Origin: an uncultured Enterobacterales bacterium
Lineage (GTDB): Bacteria > Myxococcota_A > UBA796 > UBA2385
Assembly (NCBI GenBank): GCA_964599085.1
Contig: CAZRFD010000013.1
Span: forward strand, 2,369-66,368
Reading direction: 5' to 3'
DNA length: 64,000 bases
The position numbers and the translations under genes are program-made. This document shows positions 27,997 through 38,378 of this stretch, one piece after another. Within the stretch, counting starts at the first letter, position 1. Every line of letters begins with the position of its first letter. The notes under the pieces were generated by a model, which was not told where the DNA came from, did not search any database, and saw only the letters and a program-made list of their open reading frames with translations.

Positions 27997-28106
27997 CGCG
28001 GTCTCTACGAGCCCGGTGACGGCGGGGGCCCGGCCCACGACGTGCGGGTTAGGGGCGCGGGACGCCGGTGGTCGGGCTACCGTGCGCAGCACCTCGGAGC
28101 GACTCG

Positions 28107-29048
28107 ATGCTGAAGTCCATGGTCAAGAAAGCCGTCCGGCGCACCCCCGGCCTGCGCCGCTTCACCCGCGGTGAGCAGCCAGCCGATCACGGGCCGGCCC
28201 CGACGCCGCAGCGCTTCGGGTCGGAGTCGCCGGTGTCGACGGTCGACTCCGCGGCGGCGAAGCCAGCCGCGCCGACGTCCACCCCGACCTCCACCCCGAC
28301 CTCCACCCCTCCCGCCGCACCAAGGTCCGCTGCCTCTCCGGACCCGGCTCCGGCAGCAGCGGTCGACACCGCGGCTGCCGCCGCACCCGACCAGACCACC
28401 GCCGCAGAACCGGCTCCCGCCAGCACGAAGACCGCCCCACGCAAGAAGGGCGGCCGCAAGCGGGCCGCCAAGAAGAAGAGCGCCGCTCGGAAGACCGAGG
28501 GCGGTCGCGACAGCGCCGAGGTCGAAGCGCTCCGCGCCGAAGCCGAACGCAAGAAGGCGGAGATCCGGGCCCGAAAGGAACAGGAAGCCGGCCAACAGGC
28601 CAGCGGCGGGCTCACCGGCATCGCCGCACTGATCGCCCAGAGCGGCGGCAACGTCGACGAGCTGGCCGCCGCCCGCGGCGACCAGGGCGGCGGGGTCCGC
28701 GCCACCAGCGGCATCGAGTGGGTGCCGGAAGACACGGACACCCACGTCGCCGAAGACGGCGTCGAGTACTGGGGCGCCATCGACAACGACAGCTCGCGCG
28801 CCTTCGCCCGGGGCCACACGCTCATCATCGACCAGTGGGAGTGCATCAACTGCGGCACCTGCGTCGAGAACACGGAACACGTCTTCGTCCTCCCCGACGA
28901 CGCCAAGGCGGTGGTGATCTCCCAGGAGGGCCCCATGGACCTGATCCAGGACGCCATCGACGCCTGCCCCGTGACCTGCATCCACTGGACCGACGACCCC
29001 GCCCAGTTCGAGCAGATCAACGACGCCCAGGGCGCGCCGCTGACCTGA
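28107..29048 (+). CDS. ferredoxin-domain protein with a long disordered basic N-terminal region
   Basis: The C-terminal ...WECINCGTCVENTEH...AIDACPVTCIHW fits a single-cluster CxxCxxC...CP ferredoxin. The N-terminus has (STPT)n and KKGGRKRAAKKKSAARK stretches. ATG 28107 is preceded by GGAG. Confidence 0.7.
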   Translation: MLKSMVKKAVRRTPGLRRFTRGEQPADHGPAPTPQRFGSESPVSTVDSAAAKPAAPTSTPTSTPTSTPPAAPRSAASPDPAPAAAVDTAAAAAPDQTTAAEPAPASTKTAPRKKGGRKRAAKKKSAARKTEGGRDSAEVEALRAEAERKKAEIRARKEQEAGQQASGGLTGIAALIAQSGGNVDELAAARGDQGGGVRATSGIEWVPEDTDTHVAEDGVEYWGAIDNDSSRAFARGHTLIIDQWECINCGTCVENTEHVFVLPDDAKAVVISQEGPMDLIQDAIDACPVTCIHWTDDPAQFEQINDAQGAPLT

Positions 29049-29846
29049 TCAGCGCTTGACCACTGCGTCGATGGCGGCCAGCTCGTCGAGCAGGCGGGGC
29101 AGCAGCGCCAGCGGGAGCTGGTTGGACGCGTCGCTGCGCGCCCGCGCCGGGTCGTCGTGGACCTCCATGAACACGGCGTCCACTCCCGCGGCGACCGCCC
29201 CGCGGGCGATGAAGGGCACCATCTCGCGATCGCCGCCGGTGCTGCCGTCGGCGGCACCAGGCCGCTGGACCGAGTGGGTGGCGTCGATGCAGACCGGCAC
29301 GCCCAGCGCACGCACCCGGGGCAGCGCCCGCAGGTCGACGACCAGGCTGTCGTAGCCGAAGCTGGTGCCGCGCTCCGTCGCAATCACCCCGCGCGCGCCG
29401 CTCGACCGCAGCTTGTCGATGACGAGCGCCATGGCCGCCGGCGAGAGGAACTGACCCTTCTTGACGTTGACGGGCCGCCCCGTCGCGGCGCAGGCCACCA
29501 GGAGGTCGGTCTGGCGACAGAGGAAGGCCGGCACCTGCAGCAGATCGACGACCTCGGCCGCCGGCGCGGCCTGTTCCGGCAGGTGAACGTCGGTCGTGAC
29601 CGGCACGCCGAAGCGCCGGCGCACCTCGGCGAGGAGCGCGAGCCCCGCGTCCAGCCCGGGGCCCCGGAACGCGTCGAGCCGGGAGCGGTTCGCCTTGTCG
29701 AAGCTGCCCTTGAACACGCAGGCCATGCCCGCCGCGGCCGCCGCGGCCACAACGCCCTCGGCGATACGCAGCACGCGGTCGGGCTCCTCGAGCACGCAGG
29801 GCCCGGCCACCAGGAGCAGCGGATCGCCCGGCGCGCCGACGGACAC
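29049..29846 (-). CDS. kdsA: 3-deoxy-8-phosphooctulonate (KDO8P) synthase
   Basis: ...VFKGSFDKANRS..., ...LQVPAFLCRQTDL..., ...NVKKGQF... and ...DATHSVQ... are present. GTG 29846 gives an N-terminus collinear with known KdsA. The upstream GTG 29975 would add about 43 low-complexity residues. Confidence 0.88.
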   Translation of the reverse strand: MSVGAPGDPLLLVAGPCVLEEPDRVLRIAEGVVAAAAAAGMACVFKGSFDKANRSRLDAFRGPGLDAGLALLAEVRRRFGVPVTTDVHLPEQAAPAAEVVDLLQVPAFLCRQTDLLVACAATGRPVNVKKGQFLSPAAMALVIDKLRSSGARGVIATERGTSFGYDSLVVDLRALPRVRALGVPVCIDATHSVQRPGAADGSTGGDREMVPFIARGAVAAGVDAVFMEVHDDPARARSDASNQLPLALLPRLLDELAAIDAVVKR

Positions 29847-30016
29847 CTCGCCGCAGGGCCCCGGGATACGCAGTGGCCTACACTCGTCCGTGATCCCGAT
29901 CGCTGCCAGCGTCCACCTCCCGGGTGCTGGTGGGTCCCCATCGGGACCCCGGCCCGCAGGGGCGGGCCTGCCCACGATATACTCTCCGGAGGGAGCAGAA
30001 GCTCCGAGATTCGCTG

Positions 30017-31459
30017 ATGGAACGGAACCGACCGGTCGTGTACCAGATGCTCGCGATGGCGCTGGACGTCATCGTGCTCGTCGCCACGTGGGTGTCCGTG
30101 ACCGCGCTGCGACACTGGTTCGGCCACGCCTGGTCGCTCGATCTCGTCCCCGGCGACCCCGTCTTCCGCCCCCTGGCGACCGAACACAACCTGGCGATGG
30201 TCCTGCTGGTGGTGCCGGTGTGGCTGTTCGCCCAGTACCGCGGCGGCACCTACGACGATCTCCGCCGCATCCGCAGCGACGTGCTCCTGCTGCGCGTGGC
30301 GCGGTCCAGCGCCGTGGGCCTGCTGATCCTGCTGGCCGTGACCTTCGCCCTGCAGGTCGGCGACCAGCTCTCCCGCACCGTCCTCGTCGGCTTCGCGGCG
30401 GCCAGCGTCGTCACGGTCTGGGCCAGCCGCCTGCTGACGATCCAGCTCGTCCACCGCCAGCTCAGGAACACGGTCAGCCACAACATCCTGGTGGTCGGCA
30501 CGGTCGCCGACGTGGTCCCGCTCCTCGGCGTGCTCAAGCGCCACCGCGACTGGGGGATCTCGGTGCTCGGCGTGGTGCGAGCGGACGACGGCGGAACGAC
30601 AGAGGTCAGCGGCGCCCGCATCCTCGGGGTGCTGGCCGATCTGCCGCGCATCCTCGAACGCCACGCCGTCGACGAAGTCATGGTCACCGGGAGCTCGCTC
30701 GACGTCGACACACTCCGAAGGGTCGCCGACTCCTGCGAAGAGCTGGGCGTGCGCTTCAGCATGGACGCCAACTTCCTGGGGCTCTCGACCAGCCGCGCCC
30801 ACCTCACCGACCTCGACGGCTGGCACGTGCTGTCGTTCACCAGCACGCCCGAAGACGCCGAAGCCCTGGCCGTGAAGCGCGCCATGGATGTGTTGCTCGC
30901 CGGTGCCGCGCTGCTCGCCCTCTCCCCGGTCTTCCTGCTCACAGCGCTCGCCATCAAGCTCGAGGACGGCGGCCCCATCTTCTTCAGCCAGGAACGCAGC
31001 GGGCTGTTCGGCCGCACCTTCCCCATGTACAAGTTCCGATCCATGGTCGTGGACGCCGAACTGCTCAAGGCCCAGCTCGCCGCCGGCAACGAGATGGACG
31101 GGCCGGTGTTCAAGATGCGCAACGACCCTCGCATCACCCGCGTGGGCCGGTTCATCCGCAAGACCTCCATCGACGAGCTGCCCCAGTTCTGGAACGTCGT
31201 CCGCGGTGAGATGAGCCTGGTCGGCCCCCGCCCGCCCCTGCCCCGAGAGGTCGAGGACTACCAGCGCTGGCAGCGCCGTCGCCTGTCCATGAAGCCGGGC
31301 ATCACCTGCATCTGGCAGGTCTCGGGCCGCAACGAGATCGACTTCGAGACCTGGATGAAGCTCGACCTGCAGTACATCGACAACTGGTCGCTCTTCCTGG
31401 ACGTCAAGCTGCTCTGCCGCACGGTGCCGGTGGTGCTGCTGGGCACCGGGGCCTCCTGA
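30017..31459 (+). CDS. polyprenyl-phosphate sugar phosphotransferase (WbaP/EpsB-type bacterial sugar transferase)
   Basis: Transmembrane helices at the N-terminus are followed by ...FFSQERSGLFGRTFPMYKFRSM...DELPQFWNVVRGEMSLVGPRPP.... Confidence 0.9.
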   Translation: MERNRPVVYQMLAMALDVIVLVATWVSVTALRHWFGHAWSLDLVPGDPVFRPLATEHNLAMVLLVVPVWLFAQYRGGTYDDLRRIRSDVLLLRVARSSAVGLLILLAVTFALQVGDQLSRTVLVGFAAASVVTVWASRLLTIQLVHRQLRNTVSHNILVVGTVADVVPLLGVLKRHRDWGISVLGVVRADDGGTTEVSGARILGVLADLPRILERHAVDEVMVTGSSLDVDTLRRVADSCEELGVRFSMDANFLGLSTSRAHLTDLDGWHVLSFTSTPEDAEALAVKRAMDVLLAGAALLALSPVFLLTALAIKLEDGGPIFFSQERSGLFGRTFPMYKFRSMVVDAELLKAQLAAGNEMDGPVFKMRNDPRITRVGRFIRKTSIDELPQFWNVVRGEMSLVGPRPPLPREVEDYQRWQRRRLSMKPGITCIWQVSGRNEIDFETWMKLDLQYIDNWSLFLDVKLLCRTVPVVLLGTGAS

Positions 31460-31469
31460 CGCGCACCGG

Positions 31470-31499
31470 TTGACCGGCCGTCGGGCGGTCTGCTACCAA
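31470..31499 (+). promoter_or_regulatory. weak candidate sigma70-type promoter upstream of the ATP-grasp gene
   Basis: TTGACC (31470-31475), an 18-nt spacer, then TACCAA (31494-31499). A GGAGG ribosome-binding site lies at 31515-31519. Confidence 0.25.
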
Positions 31500-31524
31500 C
31501 GAGGGAGTCGAGCGGAGGCCAGCA

Positions 31525-33096
31525 ATGACGACTCCCCCGGCGCCCGGGTCACCCGAAGAGCTCCTCGCCTTTTCGCGGCTGCAGGCGCGTCTGCCCGAGC
31601 TGTTCGACAGGGTGGCGGCCGACCACCGGATCCACAACACCGTGGTCGTCGTGCCCAGCCTGTCGCTGCACCCCGAAGAGCTGCAGAAGATCAGCGGCGT
31701 CCATCACTACGAGGAGCGGCTGCTCTTCCTGCTGATGTTGCTGCGGCAGCCGCGGACCCGACTGGTCTTCGTCACCAGCCAGCAGCTCGACCCCACGGTC
31801 ATCGACTACTACCTGCACCTGCTGTCGGGGGTGCCGACCTCGCACGCGCGGCGGCGGCTGTGCCTGCTGCACTGTGGCGACGCCTCCAGCAAGCCGCTGA
31901 CCGCCAAGATCCTGGCCCGACCGCGCATGCAGGAACGGATCCGCCGAGCCGTGGGCGACACCCGCAACGCGCACATGACCTGCTTCAACAGCACGCCGCT
32001 GGAGCGCACGCTGGCGGTCACGCTGGACCTGCCGCTGTACGCCAACGACCCGGCCCTGCTCGATCTCGGCACCAAGTCGGGCTGCCGCGAGGTGTTCCGC
32101 GAAGCCGGCGTCACGTTCCCCGACGGCTTCGAGCGCCTCCGGGACCCCGACGACATCGCAGGCGCGCTGGCCGCGCTGAAGACGCGCCACCCCGACGCCC
32201 GCCGGGCGGTCGTCAAGCTCAACGAGGGCTTCTCCGGCGAGGGCAACGCGCTGTTCTACTACGACGGCATCGACGGCAGCACCGAAGCCGAACGCAAGCA
32301 GCAGATCAAGCGCACGCTGCCGACGGCCCTGCGCTTCGAAGCCGCCCGCGAACACTGGCAGAGCTACGCCGCCAAGTTCGAGGAGATGGGCGGGGTCGTC
32401 GAGCTGTTCGTCGAGGGCGCCTACAAGCGCAGCCCGTCCAGCCAGAACCGCGTCAACGCCATCGGGCAGGCGCAGGTCATCAGCACCCACGACCAGGTGC
32501 TCGGAGGCCCCTCGGGCCAGGTCTTCGAGGGCTGCACCTTCCCCGCCGACCCCGCCTACCGCATGGAGGTCCAGCAGGATGGGCTTCGGGTCGCCCGGGT
32601 GCTGGCCAGCAAGGGCGTCATCGGTCGTTTCGCGACCGACTTCGTCAGCGTGCCCGACGGCGACCCGGATCGCGGCCCCGTCTCCTGGACCCACCACGCC
32701 ATCGAGGTCAACCTGCGCAAGGGGGGCACGACCCACCCCTTCCTGACGCTGCGCTTCCTGACCGACGGCGACTACGACCCGTCGACCGGCGAATTCCTCG
32801 CCCAGAACGGTACCCCCAAGTACTACTTCGCCAGCGACACCATGCAGTCCGAACACTACGTCGGCTTGCTCCCCGACGACCTGGTGGACATCAGCGTCTA
32901 CCACGGCCTGCACTTCCACGGCGCGACCGAACGGGGCGTGGTCTTCCACCTGATGGGGGCGCTGTCCGAGTTCGGCAAGCTCGGCGTCGTGTGCATCGGG
33001 GACAACCTCCAGCAGGCGCGCTTCCTGCACAAGCGGACCACCCAGGTCCTCGACGAAGAGACCGGCGCCCCGCATGAACCCATCACGCTGGCCTGA
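31525..33096 (+). CDS. PGM1-like pre-ATP-grasp/ATP-grasp carboxylate-amine (peptide) ligase family protein
   Basis: ...VVVVPSLSLHPEELQKISGVHHYEERLLFLL...LGTKSGCREVFREAGV...AVVKLNEGFSGEGNA... follows my recollection of the PGM1-related ligase family. This was not verified by a search. Confidence 0.55.
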   Translation: MTTPPAPGSPEELLAFSRLQARLPELFDRVAADHRIHNTVVVVPSLSLHPEELQKISGVHHYEERLLFLLMLLRQPRTRLVFVTSQQLDPTVIDYYLHLLSGVPTSHARRRLCLLHCGDASSKPLTAKILARPRMQERIRRAVGDTRNAHMTCFNSTPLERTLAVTLDLPLYANDPALLDLGTKSGCREVFREAGVTFPDGFERLRDPDDIAGALAALKTRHPDARRAVVKLNEGFSGEGNALFYYDGIDGSTEAERKQQIKRTLPTALRFEAAREHWQSYAAKFEEMGGVVELFVEGAYKRSPSSQNRVNAIGQAQVISTHDQVLGGPSGQVFEGCTFPADPAYRMEVQQDGLRVARVLASKGVIGRFATDFVSVPDGDPDRGPVSWTHHAIEVNLRKGGTTHPFLTLRFLTDGDYDPSTGEFLAQNGTPKYYFASDTMQSEHYVGLLPDDLVDISVYHGLHFHGATERGVVFHLMGALSEFGKLGVVCIGDNLQQARFLHKRTTQVLDEETGAPHEPITLA

Positions 33097-33129
33097 CGCC
33101 ACTGGCCTGACTCCACTGGCCTGACGCCA
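33088..33129. repeat. 3 x 14-nt tandem repeat (ctggcctgac[g/t]cca) spanning the ATP-grasp stop codon
   Basis: The units are at 33088-33101, 33102-33115 and 33116-33129. Each contains a TGA, and the 14-nt period places one TGA in every reading frame. Confidence 0.9.
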
Positions 33130-33223
33130 CCATCGCCGTCGGAGCAGCCCATCCCAGCTTGCCTGGGTTCGCAGGCGTGCCTAGACACTGCGGACCCGCC
33201 CCCCGCATCCAGGCCGACGCTCC

Positions 33224-35200
33224 GTGAACCGCAATCGCCCCATCTGGCTGGCCCTCAACCTCGGCCTCCTGCTGTTCATCGGTTTCCTGCTGTTCAGCTG
33301 GCTGCGGGGGGAGATGTCCACTGCGCTCCCATGGAGCGAGCTGAAGGCACAGGTGGCGGCCGACCAGGTCGACCGCGTCGTCTTCGATGACAGCAGCGTC
33401 ACGGTGTTCTACAAGGACGGCAAGGGACCCGTCCCCCAGCAGGGTGTCGGCATGGTGCGCGAGGGGGTGAAGGTGCCCCTGGTTCCGGCGGACGACAGCT
33501 TCATCCCCCTGCTCGAAGAGCACGGCGTCGCCTTTGCCAGCAAGCCCTCGTCGGCCTGCGAGGGCGGCGGCGCCTGGATGCTCTCGCTCATGGTCATGGC
33601 CGTCCTGTTCATGTTCCTGTTCCGCCGGGAGGGCGGCGCTCCTCCGGGCGTGGCGACCTTCGGCAAGTCGCGGGCGACCCTGGCCCCTGAAGAAGGCACC
33701 GGCGTCACCTTCGACGACGTCGCCGGCATCGACGAAGCCATCGAAGAGCTGCAGGAGATCGTCCAGTTCCTGAGCACGCCGGAGCGCTTCACCGCGCTCG
33801 GCGGCAAGATCCCCAAGGGTGTGCTGCTGGTCGGGCCTCCGGGCACCGGCAAGACCCTGCTGGCGCGGGCGGTCGCCGGCGAAGCGGGCGTGCCCTTCTA
33901 CAGCATCAGCGGCTCGGACTTCGTCGAGATGTTCGTGGGGGTGGGCGCTGCGCGCGTGCGCGACCTGTTCAAGGAGGCCACCGAGCGGGCGCCCTGCATC
34001 ATCTTCATCGACGAGCTCGACGCCATCGGCAAGGCACGCGGCGGGGCCAGCCCCGTGGGCGGCCACGACGAACGCGAACAGACGCTCAACCAGCTCCTGG
34101 TGGAGATGGACGGCTTCGATGGCCGCAAGGGCGTCATCGTCATGGCCGCCACGAACCGCCCGGAGATCCTCGACCCCGCGCTGCTCCGAGCCGGGCGCTT
34201 CGACCGGCAGGTGCTGGTCGACCGCCCCGACGTCCGCGGGCGGGAGGCCATCCTGCGGGTCCACAGCGCCGACCTGACGCTGTCTCCCGACGTCGACCTC
34301 GCCGAGCTGGCGCGCATCACGCCCGGCTTCGCCGGCGCCGACCTGGCCAACGCGCTCAACGAGGGCGCGCTGTTGGCCGCTCGACGCGACAAGTCGGCCG
34401 TCGAGTTCGAGGACCTCCAGGACGCGGTCGAGCGCATGGTGGCCGGCCTCGAGAAGAAGTCCCGCCGCCTCTCGGAGCAGGAGAAGCGCGTGGTCGCCTT
34501 CCACGAAGCCGGGCACGCGATCTGCGCGGCCGCCAGCCCGGGTGCGGACCCCGTCCAGAAGATCAGCATCATCCCGCGCGGCATCGGTGCGCTCGGCTAC
34601 ACCATGCAGATGCCGCTGGAAGACCGCTACCTCATGAGCCGCAGCGAGCTGCTCAACCGGCTCACGGTGCTCTACGGCGGACGTGCCGCCGAAGAGCTGG
34701 TGTTCGGGGACTTCACGACGGGCGCCGGCGACGACATTCGCAAGGCCAGCGACCTCGCCCGGCGCATGGTCAGCCAGTTCGGGATGAGCCCCGCGATGGG
34801 CGCCGTCGACTACGGCGGCGAGATGCAGAACCCCTTCGGGATCGGCGGCGGCGGCATGCGCGACGTGCCGGTGAGCGAGCTGACCTCGCAGCACATCGAC
34901 CAGGAGGTACGGCGGATCCTCGACGAGGCCCACGCCCGCAGCCGCCGGATCCTGTCGGGCCACGAAGCCCTGCTGCGACGCATGGCCGAGGAGCTGCTTC
35001 AGACCGAGGTGCTGGAGAAGGATGCCCTGGAGAGCTTCTTCTTGGAGGTCCAGGCCGAGGTGGGCGATGGCCCCCGGTTGCGCGAGGTCCTGGAGCTGGC
35101 GACGGCACGAAAGACCGCCCCACAGACCGGCACGCCTCCCACCGACACGGTCCGCGCCGCCCAGGGTGGCGGCGGCGACGACGCCACCGACGAAGCCTGA
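33224..35200 (+). CDS. ftsH: ATP-dependent zinc metalloprotease FtsH
   Basis: Two N-terminal transmembrane segments are followed by Walker A GPPGTGKT, Walker B IIFIDELD, the second region of homology, and the HEAGH zinc motif. Confidence 0.97.
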   Translation: MNRNRPIWLALNLGLLLFIGFLLFSWLRGEMSTALPWSELKAQVAADQVDRVVFDDSSVTVFYKDGKGPVPQQGVGMVREGVKVPLVPADDSFIPLLEEHGVAFASKPSSACEGGGAWMLSLMVMAVLFMFLFRREGGAPPGVATFGKSRATLAPEEGTGVTFDDVAGIDEAIEELQEIVQFLSTPERFTALGGKIPKGVLLVGPPGTGKTLLARAVAGEAGVPFYSISGSDFVEMFVGVGAARVRDLFKEATERAPCIIFIDELDAIGKARGGASPVGGHDEREQTLNQLLVEMDGFDGRKGVIVMAATNRPEILDPALLRAGRFDRQVLVDRPDVRGREAILRVHSADLTLSPDVDLAELARITPGFAGADLANALNEGALLAARRDKSAVEFEDLQDAVERMVAGLEKKSRRLSEQEKRVVAFHEAGHAICAAASPGADPVQKISIIPRGIGALGYTMQMPLEDRYLMSRSELLNRLTVLYGGRAAEELVFGDFTTGAGDDIRKASDLARRMVSQFGMSPAMGAVDYGGEMQNPFGIGGGGMRDVPVSELTSQHIDQEVRRILDEAHARSRRILSGHEALLRRMAEELLQTEVLEKDALESFFLEVQAEVGDGPRLREVLELATARKTAPQTGTPPTDTVRAAQGGGGDDATDEA

Positions 35201-35302
35201 CCCGGCCGACTGGGATACCCCCTCGCGGGTCGCCGCAGGTCGGCGCCCGGCACCCGTGGGTCCGCGGGTGCACCGTCCCCCAGGCCCACCGCCCGAGTCG
35301 CC

Positions 35303-36082
35303 GTGCACAAGGCCGACAACAAACGCGCCCCCTCGCCGCGCGCCCCCTCGCCACGCGCAGAGCTCGTCCGCAGGCCCTCCTTCGGTGCCTGCCTCGCCGC
35401 GATCCGCGCCCCGGAGCTGTACCGCAACTTCGCGATCCACCTGTTCGTGATGTTCCCCGCGGCGATGGTGATGTGCTTCATCGCCACGCGCATCGACGGC
35501 GTGCTGGGCTGGGCCCCCCTGCTGCCGCAGCCCCTGCGGATCGCGCTGGGCGGCGGGCTGGTGTTCCTCGGCGGCTTCTGGGTCTGGTACGTCTACGGCT
35601 ACCTCTACCTGTCCGGTGGCGGCTCGCCGGGCACCCACGTCGACGGTGGCCCCACCGCCATGGTCGACACCGGCCCCTACACCGTGGTCCGTCACCCCTC
35701 GGTCCTCGGCAAGCTGCTCGGCGTCATCGGCCTCGGCATCGCCTGGGGCAGCAGCATCTTCCTGGTCGCCTTCGTGCCGGTGCTGGTCGTCTACTCGCTC
35801 GTCACCAACCGCTACCTGCAGGAGCGCTTCTGCGATCAGCGCTTCGGCGCGCGCTACCAGGCCTACCGCCAGGTCGTGCCAATGCTCCTACCGCGCCCGG
35901 CCGGCATGTTGCGCTGGATCCGTGACGAAGCCGCGCTGGGCGAAGAGGACCACACCCTGCCGCCCCCCGCCACCGAACACCCGCCCGGGGTCTGGGGAGA
36001 GCTGCGCTGGTACCTCGTCGGCCTCGTGGGGCTCATCACCCTGTTCGGCGCGCTGCTCGGCCTGCTGTCCGGCCTGCGCTGA
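35303..36082 (+). CDS. membrane methyltransferase of the isoprenylcysteine carboxyl / phospholipid methyltransferase (ICMT/PEMT) family
   Basis: The protein is polytopic with ...GPYTVVRHPSVLGKLL...NRYLQERFCDQRFGARYQAYRQVV.... Start is GTG 35303 and is uncertain. Confidence 0.6.
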   Translation: MHKADNKRAPSPRAPSPRAELVRRPSFGACLAAIRAPELYRNFAIHLFVMFPAAMVMCFIATRIDGVLGWAPLLPQPLRIALGGGLVFLGGFWVWYVYGYLYLSGGGSPGTHVDGGPTAMVDTGPYTVVRHPSVLGKLLGVIGLGIAWGSSIFLVAFVPVLVVYSLVTNRYLQERFCDQRFGARYQAYRQVVPMLLPRPAGMLRWIRDEAALGEEDHTLPPPATEHPPGVWGELRWYLVGLVGLITLFGALLGLLSGLR

Positions 36083-36118
36083 GCACGGGGCTCTGCGGCC
36101 TCCCGAACCTCCGCGACC

Positions 36119-37900
36119 TCAGCGCCCCGTGTACCACGGGCCATCCGGCCCCATGCGCAGCAGGCGACCCGGCCGCGCGCCGGTCAACGCACCGTCGCGG
36201 CTCACGATCGCCCCGGCGACCAGCGTGGCCCGGTAGCCCTCGGCGTCCTGGAGCAGGCGGCGGCCGCCCGCCGGCAGGTCAATGGCCAGCCGCGGCGGCC
36301 GCAGCCGCAGGCGCTCCATGTCGATGACGTTGAGATCCGCCCGCAACCCGGGCGCGATGCGCCCCCGGTCCCGGAGCCCCAGGAAGTCCGCCACCGCGCC
36401 CGTCTGGAAGGCGACGAGCCGCGAGAGCGGCAGGAGACCCTCCGGGCGGTCGCGCCCCCACCAGGACAGCAGGAAGCTGGGGAAGCTGGCGTCGCAGATG
36501 GTGCCCACGTGCGCGCCGCCATCGGACAGGCCCGGCAGGGCCAGCGGGTGCCGCAGCATGGTGGCGACGTTGTCGAGGTTGCCGTCGGTGTAGTTGAAGA
36601 GCGGGAAGTAGATGAGGGCGCGGCCATCATCTTCGAGGAGGGCGTCGTAGAGCACCTCGAGCACGTGCCTGCCCTGGGCGATGGCCTGCTGTCCCAGGGC
36701 CTGGTCGAGGGGGGGCTCGTAGTTGCAGTCGTCGCCGAGGCGGAACAGCCGCATGCTCAGCAGGGGCAAGGCCTGCAGGAAGTCGTCGGCCATCTTGGGG
36801 ATCGGGCTGCCGTCGCCGGCCACGGGCTCGCTCTCTTCCGAGAGGATGGCGGCGCGCACGTCGGGCCGGCGCATGGCGGCCACGCGCTCGGCGAGGGGGC
36901 GCTGGCTGATGGCCTTGTAGGTCGGGAAGCCCATGAAGGGATGGAAGCTCGCCTCCAGGCCCAGCAGCACACCGATGGCACGGGGGGCGACCTGCACGCG
37001 GACATCGAGCCCATCGGCCACGGCCGCTTCGGCGCGGGCGAGGATCCGCTTCCACTGGTCCGACGCCATGTCCCGCTGCATCAGCGAGATCGACAGCGGC
37101 CGGCCCCCGGAGGCCGCGACCATGCCCTGGAGCAGGTCGAACTCCGGGTCGAAGCGGGCCACCGAGTGGTTCATGTCGAAGTCGCTGACCGCCTGCAGCA
37201 CACCGAAGGAGAGCCCCCGGAACGCGGCCCCGATGGCAGCAAGCTCGCGTGCCGGCGCGTCGCTGGCCGGGGTGTATGCGCCGCGGGCGGTGCGGTGGTT
37301 GTCCGAACGGCCCGTGCTGAAGCCCACCGCGCCGGCCAGGAGCGCCTCCCGCACCAGGGCGGCCATGGTCGCGATGTCGTCGTCGCTGCTGTCGGCCCCC
37401 GCCGAGCCCCGCTCGCCCATGACGTAGTAGCGCAGCACATCGTGGGGCACCTGGGCCATGACGTCCATGGTGCGCGGCAGCCCGTCCAGCACGTCCATGT
37501 ACTCGGGGAAGGACGAAAAGCCCCAGGACAGGCCCTCGGCCAGCGCGCTCCCGGGGATGTCCTCGACCCCCTCCATCAGCTCCACGAGCCGGTCGTGGTC
37601 GGTCGGCCGCACCGGCGCGAAGCCGACGCCGCAGCTCCCCATGACCGCTGTGGTCACGCCGTGCGCCGAGCTGGGCAGCAGCTCCGGATCCCAGGTCGCC
37701 TGGCCGTCGTAGTGGGTGTGGAGGTCGATGAAGCCCGGCGTGACCAGCGCCCCGTCGGCGTCGATCACCTGCGCCGCCGCCTGCGTGATCCGACCGACCT
37801 CGACGATACGCCCACCGGCGATGCCGACGTCGGCCACGCGCCCTTCCGCCCCCGTGCCGTCCAGTACGGTGCCACCCGAGATGATCACGTCCAGCGCCAT
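36119..37900 (-). CDS. N-acyl-D-amino-acid deacylase (D-aminoacylase) family amidohydrolase
   Basis: ...[11 protein letters not shown]...[15 protein letters not shown]... is the amidohydrolase metal motif. The 593-aa length is typical of the family. Confidence 0.8.
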   Translation of the reverse strand: MALDVIISGGTVLDGTGAEGRVADVGIAGGRIVEVGRITQAAAQVIDADGALVTPGFIDLHTHYDGQATWDPELLPSSAHGVTTAVMGSCGVGFAPVRPTDHDRLVELMEGVEDIPGSALAEGLSWGFSSFPEYMDVLDGLPRTMDVMAQVPHDVLRYYVMGERGSAGADSSDDDIATMAALVREALLAGAVGFSTGRSDNHRTARGAYTPASDAPARELAAIGAAFRGLSFGVLQAVSDFDMNHSVARFDPEFDLLQGMVAASGGRPLSISLMQRDMASDQWKRILARAEAAVADGLDVRVQVAPRAIGVLLGLEASFHPFMGFPTYKAISQRPLAERVAAMRRPDVRAAILSEESEPVAGDGSPIPKMADDFLQALPLLSMRLFRLGDDCNYEPPLDQALGQQAIAQGRHVLEVLYDALLEDDGRALIYFPLFNYTDGNLDNVATMLRHPLALPGLSDGGAHVGTICDASFPSFLLSWWGRDRPEGLLPLSRLVAFQTGAVADFLGLRDRGRIAPGLRADLNVIDMERLRLRPPRLAIDLPAGGRRLLQDAEGYRATLVAGAIVSRDGALTGARPGRLLRMGPDGPWYTGR

Positions 37901-38012
37901 GGCGTCCTCCTCCGCTGTCGCGCCGCGGCAACGCCGCGGCCAGGGACCGCAACGGCTCTAACGGCACCGTCCCGTGGCGCAGCGGATAGACGGCCGGACC
38001 CGGAGAACCGCA

Positions 38013-38354
38013 ATGAAGCCCCTCGTCCTCGCCCTGCTCCTCCCCCTGGCCTGCGACAAGGGCCTCGGCGACGCCGACTACGGCGGCGTGACCAACCAGG
38101 ACTTCCTCGACGACTACTCGGCCGCCTGGTGTGCTCGCCTCGACGAGTGCTACCCCGGCACCTATGCCTCGCAGCAGGAGTGCCTCGACAGCTACAACGA
38201 CTACTGGGGCGACTTCGCGTCGGTGGCCGACGAGTGCGCGCTCGACCCCTCCCAGGCCCAGGACTGCGTCGACTCCGTCCTCGCCGAGCCCTGCGACACG
38301 CTGCTGGCCAGCCCGACCATCGACGCCGCCTGCAGCAACCTCTGGAACTGCTGA
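38013..38354 (+). CDS. small Cys-rich lipoprotein
   Basis: MKPLVLALLLPLACDKG provides a signal peptide and lipobox. The mature part has eight further Cys. The ATG is preceded by GGAGA. Confidence 0.6.
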   Translation: MKPLVLALLLPLACDKGLGDADYGGVTNQDFLDDYSAAWCARLDECYPGTYASQQECLDSYNDYWGDFASVADECALDPSQAQDCVDSVLAEPCDTLLASPTIDAACSNLWNC

Positions 38355-38378
38355 GGGCCGACCACCGGGCCCCCTCGG

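Noticed and set aside
29847-29975. A longer KdsA start at GTG 29975 (308 aa).
   Set aside because: The extra 43 residues are Gly/Pro/Arg-rich and have no counterpart in KdsA. GTG 29846 aligns with the known N-terminus. The longer form is kept only as an alternative.
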